Source: Halogeometricum borinquense DSM 11551
Lineage (GTDB): Archaea > Halobacteriota > Halobacteria > Halobacteriales > Haloferacaceae
Direction: 5' to 3'
NCBI RefSeq assembly: GCF_000172995.2
Contig: NC_014729.1
Span: 780,001-812,000, forward strand
DNA length: 32,000 nucleotides
Shown here: positions 9,249 through 18,561 of the stretch, piece after piece
Position numbering within the stretch: the stretch's first letter is position 1
Layout: each line of letters opens with the position of its first letter
Program-made: the position numbers and the translations under genes
The notes under the pieces: generated by a model
Database searches by the model: none
What the model was told of the DNA's origin: nothing
The model's input: only the letters and a program-made list of their open reading frames with translations

Positions 9249-10514
9249 ATGAGCGAAAAACCACACCAGAACTTGGCGATTATCGGTCACGTAGACCACG
9301 GAAAATCCACGCTCGTCGGCCGTCTCCTGTTCGAGACGGGGAGCATTCCGGAACACATTATTGAACAACACCGCGAGGAGGCCGAAGAGAAGGGCAAGTC
9401 GGGCTTCGAGTTCGCCTATGTCATGGACAACCTCGCGGAGGAGCGCGAGCGAGGCGTGACCATCGACATCGCCCACCAACGGTTCGACACGGACAAGTAT
9501 TACTTCACTATCGTGGACACACCCGGCCACCGCGACTTCGTGAAGAACATGATTACCGGCGCGTCGCAGGCGGATCACGCCGTTCTCGTCGTCGCCGCCG
9601 ACGACGGTGTCGCGCCGCAGACGCGCGAACACGTGTTCCTCGCCCGTACGCTGGGCATCGAGGAACTCATCATCGCCGTCAACAAGATGGACATCGTCGA
9701 TTACAGCGAAGACACCTACAAGCAGGTCAAAGCGGAGGTGCAGGAACTGCTGAAGCAGGTGCAGTTTAACACCGCTGACGCAAGCTTCATTCCCATCTCG
9801 GCGTTCGAAGGCGACAACGTCGCCGAATCCTCCGAGAACATGGACTGGTTCGACGGGCCGACAATCCTCGAATCACTAAACAGCCTCCCCGAACCGTCGC
9901 CGCCGACCGATGCACCGCTTCGCCTCCCGATTCAGGACGTGTACACAATCTCCGGTATCGGGACTGTTCCCGTCGGCCGCGTTGAAACGGGCATCCTCAA
10001 CACCGGTGACAACGTCTCGTTCCAGCCGTCGGACGTGTCCGGCGAGGTGAAAACCATCGAGATGCACCACGAGGAAGTTCCCAAGGCGGAACCCGGCGAC
10101 AACGTCGGATTCAACGTCCGCGGCATCGGTAAGGACGACATCCGCCGTGGTGACGTCTGTGGTCCGGCAGACGAACCCCCGTCCGTCGCCGAGACGTTCC
10201 AAGCGCAGATTGTCGTGATGCAACACCCGTCGGTTATCACCGCCGGATACACGCCGGTCATCCATGCGCACACGGCACAAGTGGCCTGTACGTTCGAGTC
10301 GATAGACAAGAAAATCGACCCCTCCTCCGGTGAAGTCGCAGAGGAGGAACCGGACTTCATCAAAGCGGGTGACGCGGCAGTCGTGACGCTGCGACCGCAG
10401 AAACCGCTGGTGCTGGAACCCTCTTCGGAGATTCCGGAACTCGGGTCGTTCGCCATCCGCGACATGGGTCAAACCATCGCGGCGGGCAAAGTGCTGGAAG
10501 TCAACAAAAGGTGA
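9249..10514 (+). CDS. tef1a: translation elongation factor aEF-1 alpha
   Basis: From ATG 9249 the protein reads [31 protein letters not shown]. It has G-motifs [13 protein letters not shown] and NKMD and a conserved C-terminus [22 protein letters not shown]. It is 421 aa. The track ORF start at 9195 is an extension. Confidence 0.95.
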   Translation: MSEKPHQNLAIIGHVDHGKSTLVGRLLFETGSIPEHIIEQHREEAEEKGKSGFEFAYVMDNLAEERERGVTIDIAHQRFDTDKYYFTIVDTPGHRDFVKNMITGASQADHAVLVVAADDGVAPQTREHVFLARTLGIEELIIAVNKMDIVDYSEDTYKQVKAEVQELLKQVQFNTADASFIPISAFEGDNVAESSENMDWFDGPTILESLNSLPEPSPPTDAPLRLPIQDVYTISGIGTVPVGRVETGILNTGDNVSFQPSDVSGEVKTIEMHHEEVPKAEPGDNVGFNVRGIGKDDIRRGDVCGPADEPPSVAETFQAQIVVMQHPSVITAGYTPVIHAHTAQVACTFESIDKKIDPSSGEVAEEEPDFIKAGDAAVVTLRPQKPLVLEPSSEIPELGSFAIRDMGQTIAAGKVLEVNKR

Positions 10515-10716
10515 CATCCCCCCGCGCCTAACGGCGTGGGCCTCCCACCCGGTGTTGGCCGGGGAGGTAAATCTTGAAGGTTGAGAGTCTAAGGTTTGCG
10601 ACCGACAGCGCTGGCTCTGCCACGAAGCCGTTACTCCTACCGCGTTGACGGCTTGGAGGTATCTTGTTTTGTGTCGGTCGGCGCGGTCGGCTTACGTGTT
10701 TGATTTCGGCTCTCGC

Positions 10717-10752
10717 CGTGGAAAACACCGAGTCAACTGCCAGTTTTCCACG
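10717..10752. other. perfect 10-bp stem hairpin CGTGGAAAAC-(16 nt)-GTTTTCCACG in the convergent intergenic region
   Basis: Read directly from the sequence. It lies in the 361-bp non-coding gap between the tef1a and protease gene ends. Confidence 0.4.
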
Positions 10753-10799
10753 CACACGCTTCAATTACGGTGGATTGCGAGTTAAATTGTCGAATTTAT

Positions 10800-10819
10800 C
10801 TGGTGGCTTGAGCCACCAG
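10800..10819. terminator. hairpin CTGGTGGC-ttga-GCCACCAG, candidate 3'-end structure
   Basis: Perfect 8-bp stem with a 4-nt loop, 57 nt downstream of the protease stop (minus strand). No strong oligo-T tract follows, so terminator function is uncertain. Confidence 0.3.
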
Positions 10820-10875
10820 TATTCTCCTCGAATCTCTATAAGAAAACCGCGTGAGACCCCTCGTTGTCGCGCGAG

Positions 10876-12423
10876 TTACTTCTTCTCGGTGATCGTCAGC
10901 GTGTAGTCACCGCTTCCCGAGTAGCTATCGACGAGAATGCCGAGAGCGGCGGAGCTATCGGGGTTGTCGATAACGATCTGTTCTTGGCTATTCGTCGTCC
11001 ACGACCGGTGATCGAAGGAACGTGTCGTCGGCGGGGTACCGGTTCCTTCGCTCGCGTAGAGGTCGAAGTCAGCGCTACTGGGGCCGCTCAGTTCGAGGAC
11101 GACCTGTGATGGGGAGCTGTATGCCCAGCTATACGTGCTCCCGTCGCTGTCGCTTCTGCTGGAGAGACTTCCCGAGCGGGTGGTCTCCTTAGAGTCGCCA
11201 TTACCGGGCGGCGAGGGACTGGTATTGACGGCGTTCGCGGCGTCAACCCGTCCCGCACCCTGTTTGTTGCTCGGGAGGCCGACGTTCACAGCGGTGTTCT
11301 TGAGATGCTGTCGGAGGTCCGCGGGACTGAGCGAGTACTCCGAGAGAGCGAGTGCTGCAACGCCTGAGACGACCGGGGTCGCCATCGAGGTGCCGGAGAT
11401 TTCCTTGTACTGTGTCGAAGTCGTCCAGCAGGAGAGGACGTTCGTCCCCGGTGCGGCGAGGTCGAGTTTGGAACCGTAGTTCGAGTACGACGCGAGCGTC
11501 TCGTCGGGGTCCAGTGCGGAGACAGCGATTGCTTCGCTGTATGCCGCCGGATACGAGACACTTCCACTGCTATCGTTCCCGGCCGCCGCAATGACCGCCG
11601 TCCCGTTCGTCGTCGCATAGGAGACAGCGTTCTTCATCGTCTGGGTGTACCCGCCGCCACCGAGAGAGAGGTTGACGACATCTGCACCTTGATCAGCCGC
11701 CCACTGTATCGCGTCGGCGATGTCGCTCGTCGAACCTCTTCCGCTTTCGGAGAGTGCACGACCCGAGAGGAGCGTCGAGTTGCTGATGCCGCCGACGCCT
11801 TCGTTGTTGTCCGTCGTTCCGGCGGCGATACCAGCGACGTGCGTCCCGTGGAACTCGTCGGAAAGAACGTCCGGCATCGGATCCGAGTCGTCGTCGACGA
11901 AGTCGTAGCCCGTGTTAGACCCGAACCGCGCGCTGAGGTCGGGATGGTCGTATTTTACACCTTGGTCCACGACGGCGACAGTGACGTCGCTGCTGCCGAG
12001 TGTCGTGTCCCATGCGTCGTTTGCGTTTACCTGTTGTGGGGCGTACTGACTCCCGAGTTTCGGGTCGTTTGCCGTATACAGTGTGGAGTGGGTCGTGTTT
12101 CTCTCTGCGTACTTGATGTCGTCTCCTTTCGTAACCGCGCTGATGAAGTTCTCACGCGCACGCGTGGATGCGTGCGACGGGAATTTAACTGCGGCATAAC
12201 TCAGTTCCTTGTTCTCGTGAACGATCTCTGCATTACCGGGAACGTGCTGTGCGACCGCCTTTTTCGTATCGCGGTTCTTCGAGACGCCGACGAGAATTTC
12301 GTCTTTCTTCGGACCGGGGTTACGTCCTGGCTTGGCCGACACGACGCCGGACATACCGAGGAGGGACAGTGCTGCGGTTGACTTGAGGAAGCTACGCCGT
12401 CGGAGTGGATTGTTGGATGGCAT
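10876..12423 (-). CDS. secreted halolysin-like subtilisin (peptidase S8) with Tat signal and C-terminal pre-peptidase (PPC-like) domain
   Basis: The start at ATG 12423 gives MPSNNPLRRRSFLKSTAALSLLGMSGVVSA, a twin-arginine signal. The catalytic triad contexts are VAVVDQGV, HGTHVAGI and GTSMATP. About 120 aa of beta-rich C-terminal extension follow. Confidence 0.9.
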   Translation of the reverse strand: MPSNNPLRRRSFLKSTAALSLLGMSGVVSAKPGRNPGPKKDEILVGVSKNRDTKKAVAQHVPGNAEIVHENKELSYAAVKFPSHASTRARENFISAVTKGDDIKYAERNTTHSTLYTANDPKLGSQYAPQQVNANDAWDTTLGSSDVTVAVVDQGVKYDHPDLSARFGSNTGYDFVDDDSDPMPDVLSDEFHGTHVAGIAAGTTDNNEGVGGISNSTLLSGRALSESGRGSTSDIADAIQWAADQGADVVNLSLGGGGYTQTMKNAVSYATTNGTAVIAAAGNDSSGSVSYPAAYSEAIAVSALDPDETLASYSNYGSKLDLAAPGTNVLSCWTTSTQYKEISGTSMATPVVSGVAALALSEYSLSPADLRQHLKNTAVNVGLPSNKQGAGRVDAANAVNTSPSPPGNGDSKETTRSGSLSSRSDSDGSTYSWAYSSPSQVVLELSGPSSADFDLYASEGTGTPPTTRSFDHRSWTTNSQEQIVIDNPDSSAALGILVDSYSGSGDYTLTITEKK

Positions 12424-12588
12424 CCAACCACACGTATTGTACACGAATGATTAAATGTTTCCTAGCTGAACTGATAACTCAAAAATAATTAATAGTTATA
12501 CATTTTTTATTTGCATAGATTTCGTATCAGCGTAAATCCCACTATCCGAATCAGTAGGGCTATCCTTCCTGGCGTGAAACGGCCGTTT

Positions 12589-13122
12589 ATGGACCGTGCG
12601 CGCACCGACGTGTCCGACGACGCCGCCACCGACCTCGCTTCCAGCGACGACGACGCTCCTGACGACGCCGACGAACGGCGCGTTGCACTGTTCGTTGACG
12701 GGCCGAACGTCCTCCGCGACGAGTTTGACGTAGACTTAGACGACGTGCGTGAGGCGGCCGCCGAGATAGGCCGTCCCACAGCCACACGCCTGTACCTCGA
12801 TGAACACGCGACCCCCGGGCTGATTCAGGCCGCCGAAGCGCGAGGATTCGAGGTCGTCATTACCAGCGGTGACGTGGACGTGCGTCTCGCCGTCGATATC
12901 ACCCAGTTTGCCGTCGAGGGGCGCGCCGACGTGATCGCTGTCGCCTCCCGAGACACCGACTTTAAGCCCGCGATAGAGACGGCGAACGCGTACGGACTCC
13001 GGACCTTCGCTATCGCTCCCGGTGAATTCGGTCGATCTGACGCCCTCCGAAACGCCGCAACGGACAGCGCCACTCTCGGTGATGACGACGAGGGACCGAC
13101 GATGGTCGGCTACGACCAGTAG
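12589..13122 (+). CDS. NYN-domain (LabA/DUF88-like) protein
   Basis: From ATG 12589 the sequence runs RVALFVDGPNVLRDEFDVDLDDV...GDVDVRLAVD...IAVASRDTDFKPAIE, the acidic-residue pattern of NYN/PIN-like nucleases. Confidence 0.8.
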   Translation: MDRARTDVSDDAATDLASSDDDAPDDADERRVALFVDGPNVLRDEFDVDLDDVREAAAEIGRPTATRLYLDEHATPGLIQAAEARGFEVVITSGDVDVRLAVDITQFAVEGRADVIAVASRDTDFKPAIETANAYGLRTFAIAPGEFGRSDALRNAATDSATLGDDDEGPTMVGYDQ

Positions 13123-13159
13123 CGAGCAGACTTTTACGCGGACCGTCCAACCGCCGCAC

Positions 13160-14008
13160 ATGGAAGCGTTGGATACGCCGGTGCTTGACAACCACCTTCA
13201 CTTGGACCCGAGATACGGCCGCGGTATCGACGCTGTTGACGACTTCCGCCGTCTCGGCGGCACACATCTTCTCGTGGTGAACAAGCCGTCGTGGCACCTC
13301 GACGTCGAGGCCAGCGAAGGAGGGGACTTCCGCGCCGTCTTCGAGGAGACTATCACCACCGTCGAAGAAGCGTCAGAAGCGCTTCCGGGCCGTGCGTGGC
13401 CCGTTCTTGGCGTTCATCCGGGACTCGTTTCTCGTCTGGTGGACGAACGTGACTTCTCGCCAGCCGAAGCGCGCGACCTGATGCAAGCGGGGTTGGACGT
13501 GGCAGCTGAGTACGTCCGTGCGGGCGACGCGCTCGCGTTGAAGTCCGGCCGTCCGCACTACGACGTGCCCGATGCCGTCTGGGAAGCGTCGAACGACGTG
13601 ATGCGACACGCGTTCTCACTCGGTGCCGAACTCGACTGCGCGGTGCAACTGCACACGGAAGCGTCGGACGACTTGACTGCGGTTGCCGCATGGGCCGAAG
13701 ACGCTGGAATGCCCCGGAAAAAGGTCGTAAAACACTACGCAGGCGGTCGGCTCGCGGGACCGACGCCGAGCGTGATGAGCGAGAAGGACCGCCTCGAAAC
13801 CGCAGTCGAGCGCGGCGAACCGTTCTTGATGGAGACAGACTTCGTAGACGACGCTGACCGGCCGGGTGCCGTTCTCGGACCGAAGACTGTCCCTCGGCGC
13901 GTGCGGTGGATGCTGGACGAAGGTTGGGAAGACGCCGTAGAGACAGCACACGTCGAGACGCCGAAGGACGTATACGGTATCGACACGCGCGCGACGCTTT
14001 CCCGGTAG
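13160..14008 (+). CDS. TatD-family metal-dependent hydrolase
   Basis: From ATG 13160 the protein reads MEALDTPVLDNHLHLD, the HxH metal motif at the N-terminus. Later His/Asp positions (VQLHTE, METDF) also fit. Upstream codons of the track ORF overlap the NYN gene. Confidence 0.8.
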   Translation: MEALDTPVLDNHLHLDPRYGRGIDAVDDFRRLGGTHLLVVNKPSWHLDVEASEGGDFRAVFEETITTVEEASEALPGRAWPVLGVHPGLVSRLVDERDFSPAEARDLMQAGLDVAAEYVRAGDALALKSGRPHYDVPDAVWEASNDVMRHAFSLGAELDCAVQLHTEASDDLTAVAAWAEDAGMPRKKVVKHYAGGRLAGPTPSVMSEKDRLETAVERGEPFLMETDFVDDADRPGAVLGPKTVPRRVRWMLDEGWEDAVETAHVETPKDVYGIDTRATLSR

Positions 14009-14158
14009 CGTCCGCTGAAACGCCGATCACCCTCGTCTACTTGACGCAAGCTATTCGAGCCGCAACTGTTTATGAATTGATGTTCGTCACGGGGTTACAG
14101 CCGACAGGATGAGCGGACATAGGAAAGGCATTTGAATGCCGACGGGGATGATTGAGAC

Positions 14159-14749
14159 ATGACCGACGCCGAGGAGACCTACTACACGAAAGACCGCTGG
14201 CAGAACTGGCTCACCCGTGTCGAAGAAGAAGAACTCGACCCCGAAAACGAGGACTCCGCGCGACTCCTCTTGAACCTTCAGGACGACGCCGCCATCGCAG
14301 TGGCGAAAATCGTCTCTGCCTACGAGGAAGACACGCTCTCCGAAGAGGACGCACTGGACGAACTCGAAGGCGTCCGCGATATCGTCCTCTCGGAACCGAC
14401 GTTCGAAGGCGACGACGTCGAAGAGAAAGTGATGCTCATCGACGGCGTCCAGACGAGTCTCGTCTGTGTCTTCTACGCCGCCGAAGAGTACATCGTCGCC
14501 GGACCTGCCGAAGCCGCACCCCTCGAAGAGTACGTTACTGCCGCTGCTGAGGCCGAGCAAGAAGAGAACATGGACGCCGCACTCGGATACCTCGTCCAGG
14601 CGGGCACACGCATCATCGAAGGCGACGAACTTGACATGTCGATTGCCGAGGAGTTAGAGTACGGCCTCGTCTCGGAGTGGCTCAACGGCCTCGACAGCCT
14701 CCAAAGCGCCATGAGCGACCCCGAAGTGGTCGAAGAGGACGAGGAGTAG
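14159..14749 (+). CDS. conserved highly acidic cytoplasmic protein (possibly DUF2150 family)
   Basis: The 196-aa ORF is extremely Asp/Glu-rich and helical with halophile-typical codon usage. The family name comes from memory only. Confidence 0.7.
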   Translation: MTDAEETYYTKDRWQNWLTRVEEEELDPENEDSARLLLNLQDDAAIAVAKIVSAYEEDTLSEEDALDELEGVRDIVLSEPTFEGDDVEEKVMLIDGVQTSLVCVFYAAEEYIVAGPAEAAPLEEYVTAAAEAEQEENMDAALGYLVQAGTRIIEGDELDMSIAEELEYGLVSEWLNGLDSLQSAMSDPEVVEEDEE

Positions 14750-14833
14750 CGCACGTCCGCGTTTCGAACTGCGGTCTGCGTTCGTCGGTCTCCCGGCGGC
14801 ATCCTTTTACCTGACAGTCACTCAATCCGGAGT

Positions 14834-16618
14834 ATGGAGTTTGGGGGGGACGACCGTGCAGTAGCCGTACAGATAGGTGCGGTGTTGTTACTCGGATTCA
14901 TTGTTATCTCGCTCTCGATGTATCAGGCGACTGTCGTTCCTCAAGAGAACGAACAGGTCGAGTTCCGCCACAACCAGCGCGTGGTGGGCGATATGCAACA
15001 GATGCGAAACGCTATTCTCCAGACGGCCGCGACGGGAACGTCCGCTCCGACGACAGTCGAACTCGGCACGCAGTATCCGGCGCGAACTGTCTTCGTCAAT
15101 CCGTCTCCGCCGGGGGGGTCGCTCGCTACGTCGTCGCTCGGCAACGTCTCGATTCGGAACGCGGTCGCTGACGACCCGGCAACGGACAAGCCTGACTATC
15201 CCGAGACGGACGATTTCTGGAACGGCGAGACGCGGAACTACTCGACGAACGCCCTCGCGTACCAATCCTCGTACAACCGCTATCAGAACGCGCCGACAAC
15301 AATCTACGAGAACGGGATCCTCTACAACCGCTTCGGTGACGACTCCGGAGCGAACACTGTCGCCGTGACAGATCAATCGCTGGTCTCCGGGCGGCGCATC
15401 TCAGTCGTGACGCTCTCCGGACAACTCTCTCGCGGCGGGTCTGGGACGCTCTCCGTTGACCCGCAGGCGGTGAGTCAATCGACTCGAACAGTGACCGTCT
15501 CACAGGACCCTTCCCGCCCGGGGAACGTCTCAATCGTCGTTCCGACGCGGTTAGACGCCTCTGCGTGGCGGTCACTCCTCGACGAAACAGATCAGCTCGA
15601 CGGAACGGGCAACGAATCGAACGACAAGTACGTCCACGCGGTGACCGACGCCGGAACGAACGCCGTCGAACTCATCTTCGAGGAGAACGCGACGTACGAA
15701 CTCCGGTTGGCGGCTGTTCGTGTCGGGTCGAGTGGCACGACGACCGCCCCCGCGTATCTGACAAGCGCTGAGGGAGTTGACTACCCGTACACCGGTCAGA
15801 AGGACCCGTTCGTCGTCGAGGTTCGGGACCGGTACAACAACCCGATTGGCACGCAGGTGGAAGCGTCCGCCGACCGGGGGACGGTGCCGAACGGAACCGT
15901 CGAAGCACCCGGCCAATATCGATACGTCTACGAGGCACCCGCCGACGCCGGAGACGACACGGTCAACGTCAGTTACCTCGACGAATCGCGGCCGGGATTC
16001 GCTCAGTCGAACCCCGAGGATCTGCAATATGCCGTCGAAGTGCAGGCATCCGGCGGTGGGGGTGGTGGCGATGGCGGTGGTGGTGATGATGGGGGCGGTG
16101 GTGGTGACGACGGTGGTAACGGAAACGGACCGCTCTCCGTTGTCGAAGGAAGCGGTGAGGCCAAGGCGAACCAAGGCGCGACGAGTGGAGTCCAGTTCAA
16201 ACTATCAAACGACGGATCGAACAGCATCGAGATAACGGGCGTGTCCGTCGATTCGACGACCGAATCCAGCGTGAAGAAACTCCACGAAACAAACGGCGGA
16301 CAGGGTGACGGACAGTACGAAGCGTACTTCGACGCCAACTCCGACAGCCAGAACAGTCCGCAGTCGAACGACGGGTGGTACGAGGCGGGCGATGGAAACA
16401 ACGACGAGTACACTATCGGTTCGGGAACCGTTTCGCTCACCTCTCAAGCGACTCTCGGCGCGAGCGAGCGAGCGACGGTCTATCTCTACCAGTTCCAGAA
16501 CAACGGCGGGAGCGGGAAGGACATGGCCGCAGAAGATGTCACGGTAACCATCGAGTACGACAGCGATGGAACGTCGTATTCGGAGACGTTCACCATCACA
16601 GCCACGGATCCGTACTGA
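14834..16618 (+). CDS. large surface protein with archaeal type IV pilin-like (class III) signal peptide
   Basis: The N-terminus GGDDRAVAVQIGAVLLLGFIVISLSMY resembles the DUF1628/archaeal pilin N-terminal domain. The body is long, Thr/Ser/Asn-rich and beta-rich, followed by a Gly/Asp linker and a C-terminal domain. Confidence 0.8.
   Translation: MEFGGDDRAVAVQIGAVLLLGFIVISLSMYQATVVPQENEQVEFRHNQRVVGDMQQMRNAILQTAATGTSAPTTVELGTQYPARTVFVNPSPPGGSLATSSLGNVSIRNAVADDPATDKPDYPETDDFWNGETRNYSTNALAYQSSYNRYQNAPTTIYENGILYNRFGDDSGANTVAVTDQSLVSGRRISVVTLSGQLSRGGSGTLSVDPQAVSQSTRTVTVSQDPSRPGNVSIVVPTRLDASAWRSLLDETDQLDGTGNESNDKYVHAVTDAGTNAVELIFEENATYELRLAAVRVGSSGTTTAPAYLTSAEGVDYPYTGQKDPFVVEVRDRYNNPIGTQVEASADRGTVPNGTVEAPGQYRYVYEAPADAGDDTVNVSYLDESRPGFAQSNPEDLQYAVEVQASGGGGGGDGGGGDDGGGGGDDGGNGNGPLSVVEGSGEAKANQGATSGVQFKLSNDGSNSIEITGVSVDSTTESSVKKLHETNGGQGDGQYEAYFDANSDSQNSPQSNDGWYEAGDGNNDEYTIGSGTVSLTSQATLGASERATVYLYQFQNNGGSGKDMAAEDVTVTIEYDSDGTSYSETFTITATDPY
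16052..16128 (+). repeat. GGN/GAY simple-sequence tract encoding GGGGGGDGGGGDDGGGGGDDGGNGNG
   Basis: Read directly. It forms a low-complexity linker inside the CDS. Confidence 0.9.
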
Positions 16619-16708
16619 TCCGAACATGATTCCGTTTTCGGTTACTCGCTCGGTATCGAATCTGATACTCGGTCAAAAAGATTCAGAACGTCAGACATAC
16701 TCTTTCAG

Positions 16709-18496
16709 ATGATGAATGGATGGACACCTTCGGCTTCGACGCGAGGTCAGGCGGAGTCGATTGGTGTCGTCCTTCTGCTCGGTGTCGTCATCGTGAGCGC
16801 CAGCACGTTCGGTTTCTTCTACCTCACAGACGGGTTCTCTAACGACGTTTCAGGCGGGTCAAACGGTGCGAGCGGCGAGTCGGTGAACATCGCCGGTGAG
16901 GTTTCGCACGACCAGCTCGAACTCGCACATACGGGTGGACGGTCGCTCTCGATGGACCGACTCGATATCGTCGTCCGAAACGCCTCCGGGACGACCGAGT
17001 ACGACTTCGAACCAGCGTTGATAATCGCGGGCGACGGCGACGAGACGTTCGAGGCGGGAGAGCGGTGGCGTCTCGATTGGAACCAACCAGTCGGTGAGAA
17101 ACTCCGAGTTACAGTCGTTGATGCAGACCGGAATCGCATCCTGTTCAGCGAGACGCTCGTCATCCCGACGACGCCGACGCCTGAACCCGACAATCCCGCT
17201 CGCGGCGAGACGCCGACGGCGACGCCGGAGGACGACGGCGATCCGCCGTCAGCGGTCGCGCACGGCGGTACTGTGGTGGGACGCGCTGGCGAGACGGTGA
17301 CGCTCGACGGGTCCGACACGACCGATCCAGACGGTGACTCGCTCACCTACGAGTGGCGTATCGTGGACGGCGACGGTCTCCCACCGGACGCCGTCCGTCT
17401 TGTCGATGATTCGACAGGAACGCCGAACGCGACGTTCGAGGTGCGGGAAAACGTGACTGATCGGAGCCATTCGGTGACAGTCGAACTCGTCGTCTCCGAC
17501 GGGAACGATAGCGCCCGCGATAGGGCGACTGTGGAAGTCGAAAAGTACAACCGGCCGCCGGAGGCGGACGCAGGTGAGGACGACAGCGTGGATGGTGACG
17601 TTTCGGACGATGACGGCGACGACAGCGACGATGACGATTCGGACGATGGCGGTGACGGCGACGGTTCGGACGACGAGTCGAACGGCCGCGGGAACGGCAA
17701 CGGCAACGACCGGGGGAACGGCAACGGACGGGGGAATGGGAACGCGCGTACGACATGGTCGATTGGTAGCTCAGTTGCCCGTCCGGCGGAACTCGGTGCC
17801 GGATCGACTGCCGGTCCCAGTACGGCACCAGCGGGGGCGTCAGGAACCGGTTCGCGGTCGTTCGTCGTTGGCGGAGCGGCGAAGCGACCGACGCTGGTCG
17901 GAGGGATAGCAGAAGTCAGACTCGACGGGTCGGGGAGTTACGATCCGGACGGCGACGACCTGACGTACCGGTGGGAGATTGTAGACACCGACGGAATCGG
18001 GGATATACTCGAACTGTCCGACCGGAATGCTGTCCGCCCGGTCATCGGTCTCACAGACGTTGTTCTCGACCGCGACCGGACCGTGACCGTGCGCCTCACC
18101 GTTACCGACGACGACGGGGCGACGGACACCGATACCGTGAACGTCACCGTCCGCGCGCGCAACCGTGCGCCCGTCGTTTCGGCTATCTACGGAATTCGAT
18201 ACGGAGACGAACACTACTTGTACGCCGAAACGACCGACCCGGACGACGACGACCTGACGTACGAGTGGACGTACGTCGGGTTCGAGGGTGCAAGCGGTGA
18301 CACGTGGTCGCTGACGGACGACAGTGGGAGAGTCGCCCGAATCGAACAACGGACCGACGAGTTCGCGGCAGGACGAGTGATCGTCGATCTAACCGTTACC
18401 GACGCTCGTGGGGAATCGACGACGGTTCGCGTGCGGAAGTTTGTCCTCAACTTCGACGACGACTGGGGACTGCCGTGGGATAGCTGGCTCTTCTGA
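16709..18496 (+). CDS. pilin-like surface protein with three PKD-type repeats
   Basis: The N-terminus TRGQAESIGVVLLLGVVIVSASTF is a classic archaeal prepilin motif (RG|Q cleavage context). Three repeats carry the PKD signature: DPDGDSLTYEWRI, DPDGDDLTYRWEI and DPDDDDLTYEWTY. Confidence 0.85.
   Translation: MMNGWTPSASTRGQAESIGVVLLLGVVIVSASTFGFFYLTDGFSNDVSGGSNGASGESVNIAGEVSHDQLELAHTGGRSLSMDRLDIVVRNASGTTEYDFEPALIIAGDGDETFEAGERWRLDWNQPVGEKLRVTVVDADRNRILFSETLVIPTTPTPEPDNPARGETPTATPEDDGDPPSAVAHGGTVVGRAGETVTLDGSDTTDPDGDSLTYEWRIVDGDGLPPDAVRLVDDSTGTPNATFEVRENVTDRSHSVTVELVVSDGNDSARDRATVEVEKYNRPPEADAGEDDSVDGDVSDDDGDDSDDDDSDDGGDGDGSDDESNGRGNGNGNDRGNGNGRGNGNARTTWSIGSSVARPAELGAGSTAGPSTAPAGASGTGSRSFVVGGAAKRPTLVGGIAEVRLDGSGSYDPDGDDLTYRWEIVDTDGIGDILELSDRNAVRPVIGLTDVVLDRDRTVTVRLTVTDDDGATDTDTVNVTVRARNRAPVVSAIYGIRYGDEHYLYAETTDPDDDDLTYEWTYVGFEGASGDTWSLTDDSGRVARIEQRTDEFAAGRVIVDLTVTDARGESTTVRVRKFVLNFDDDWGLPWDSWLF
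17573..17745 (+). repeat. simple-sequence tract encoding a D/S/G acidic run followed by GNGNGNDRGNGNGRGNGN
   Basis: GAC/GAT/GGC and GGNAAC hexamer periodicity read directly. The tract lies between the first and second PKD repeats. Confidence 0.9.
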
Positions 18497-18561
18497 TACT
18501 TCGACAGACGACGTAACATCTTATCGACAAGCCCATATGTCCGGATAGCGAGTGAAGAATC

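Noticed and set aside
10528-10764. 78-aa minus-strand ORF (and the 80-aa plus-strand ORF 10664..10906) in the tef1a/protease gap
   Set aside because: Basic, Arg/Pro-rich sequences unlike halophilic proteins. They span the strong hairpins, so the region is better treated as non-coding.
10515-10875. Search for a degraded rps10 gene, a tRNA or SRP RNA downstream of tef1a
   Set aside because: No frame gives S10-like sequence. No T-loop (GGTTCRAATCC-type) or cloverleaf was seen, and no SRP helix-8-like motifs were recognised by eye.
12445-12588. AT-rich divergent region between the protease and NYN genes, with the weak dyad ATAACT...AGTTAT
   Set aside because: Ordinary AT-rich promoter spacer. 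The dyad is short and imperfect in context, so it was not reported as a feature.
13353-14030. 225-aa ORF antisense to the TatD-family gene; similarly 15572..16174, 16819..17346, 26245..27066 and 27028..27765
   Set aside because: All are Arg/Ser/Pro-rich shadow frames opposite genes with clear motifs.
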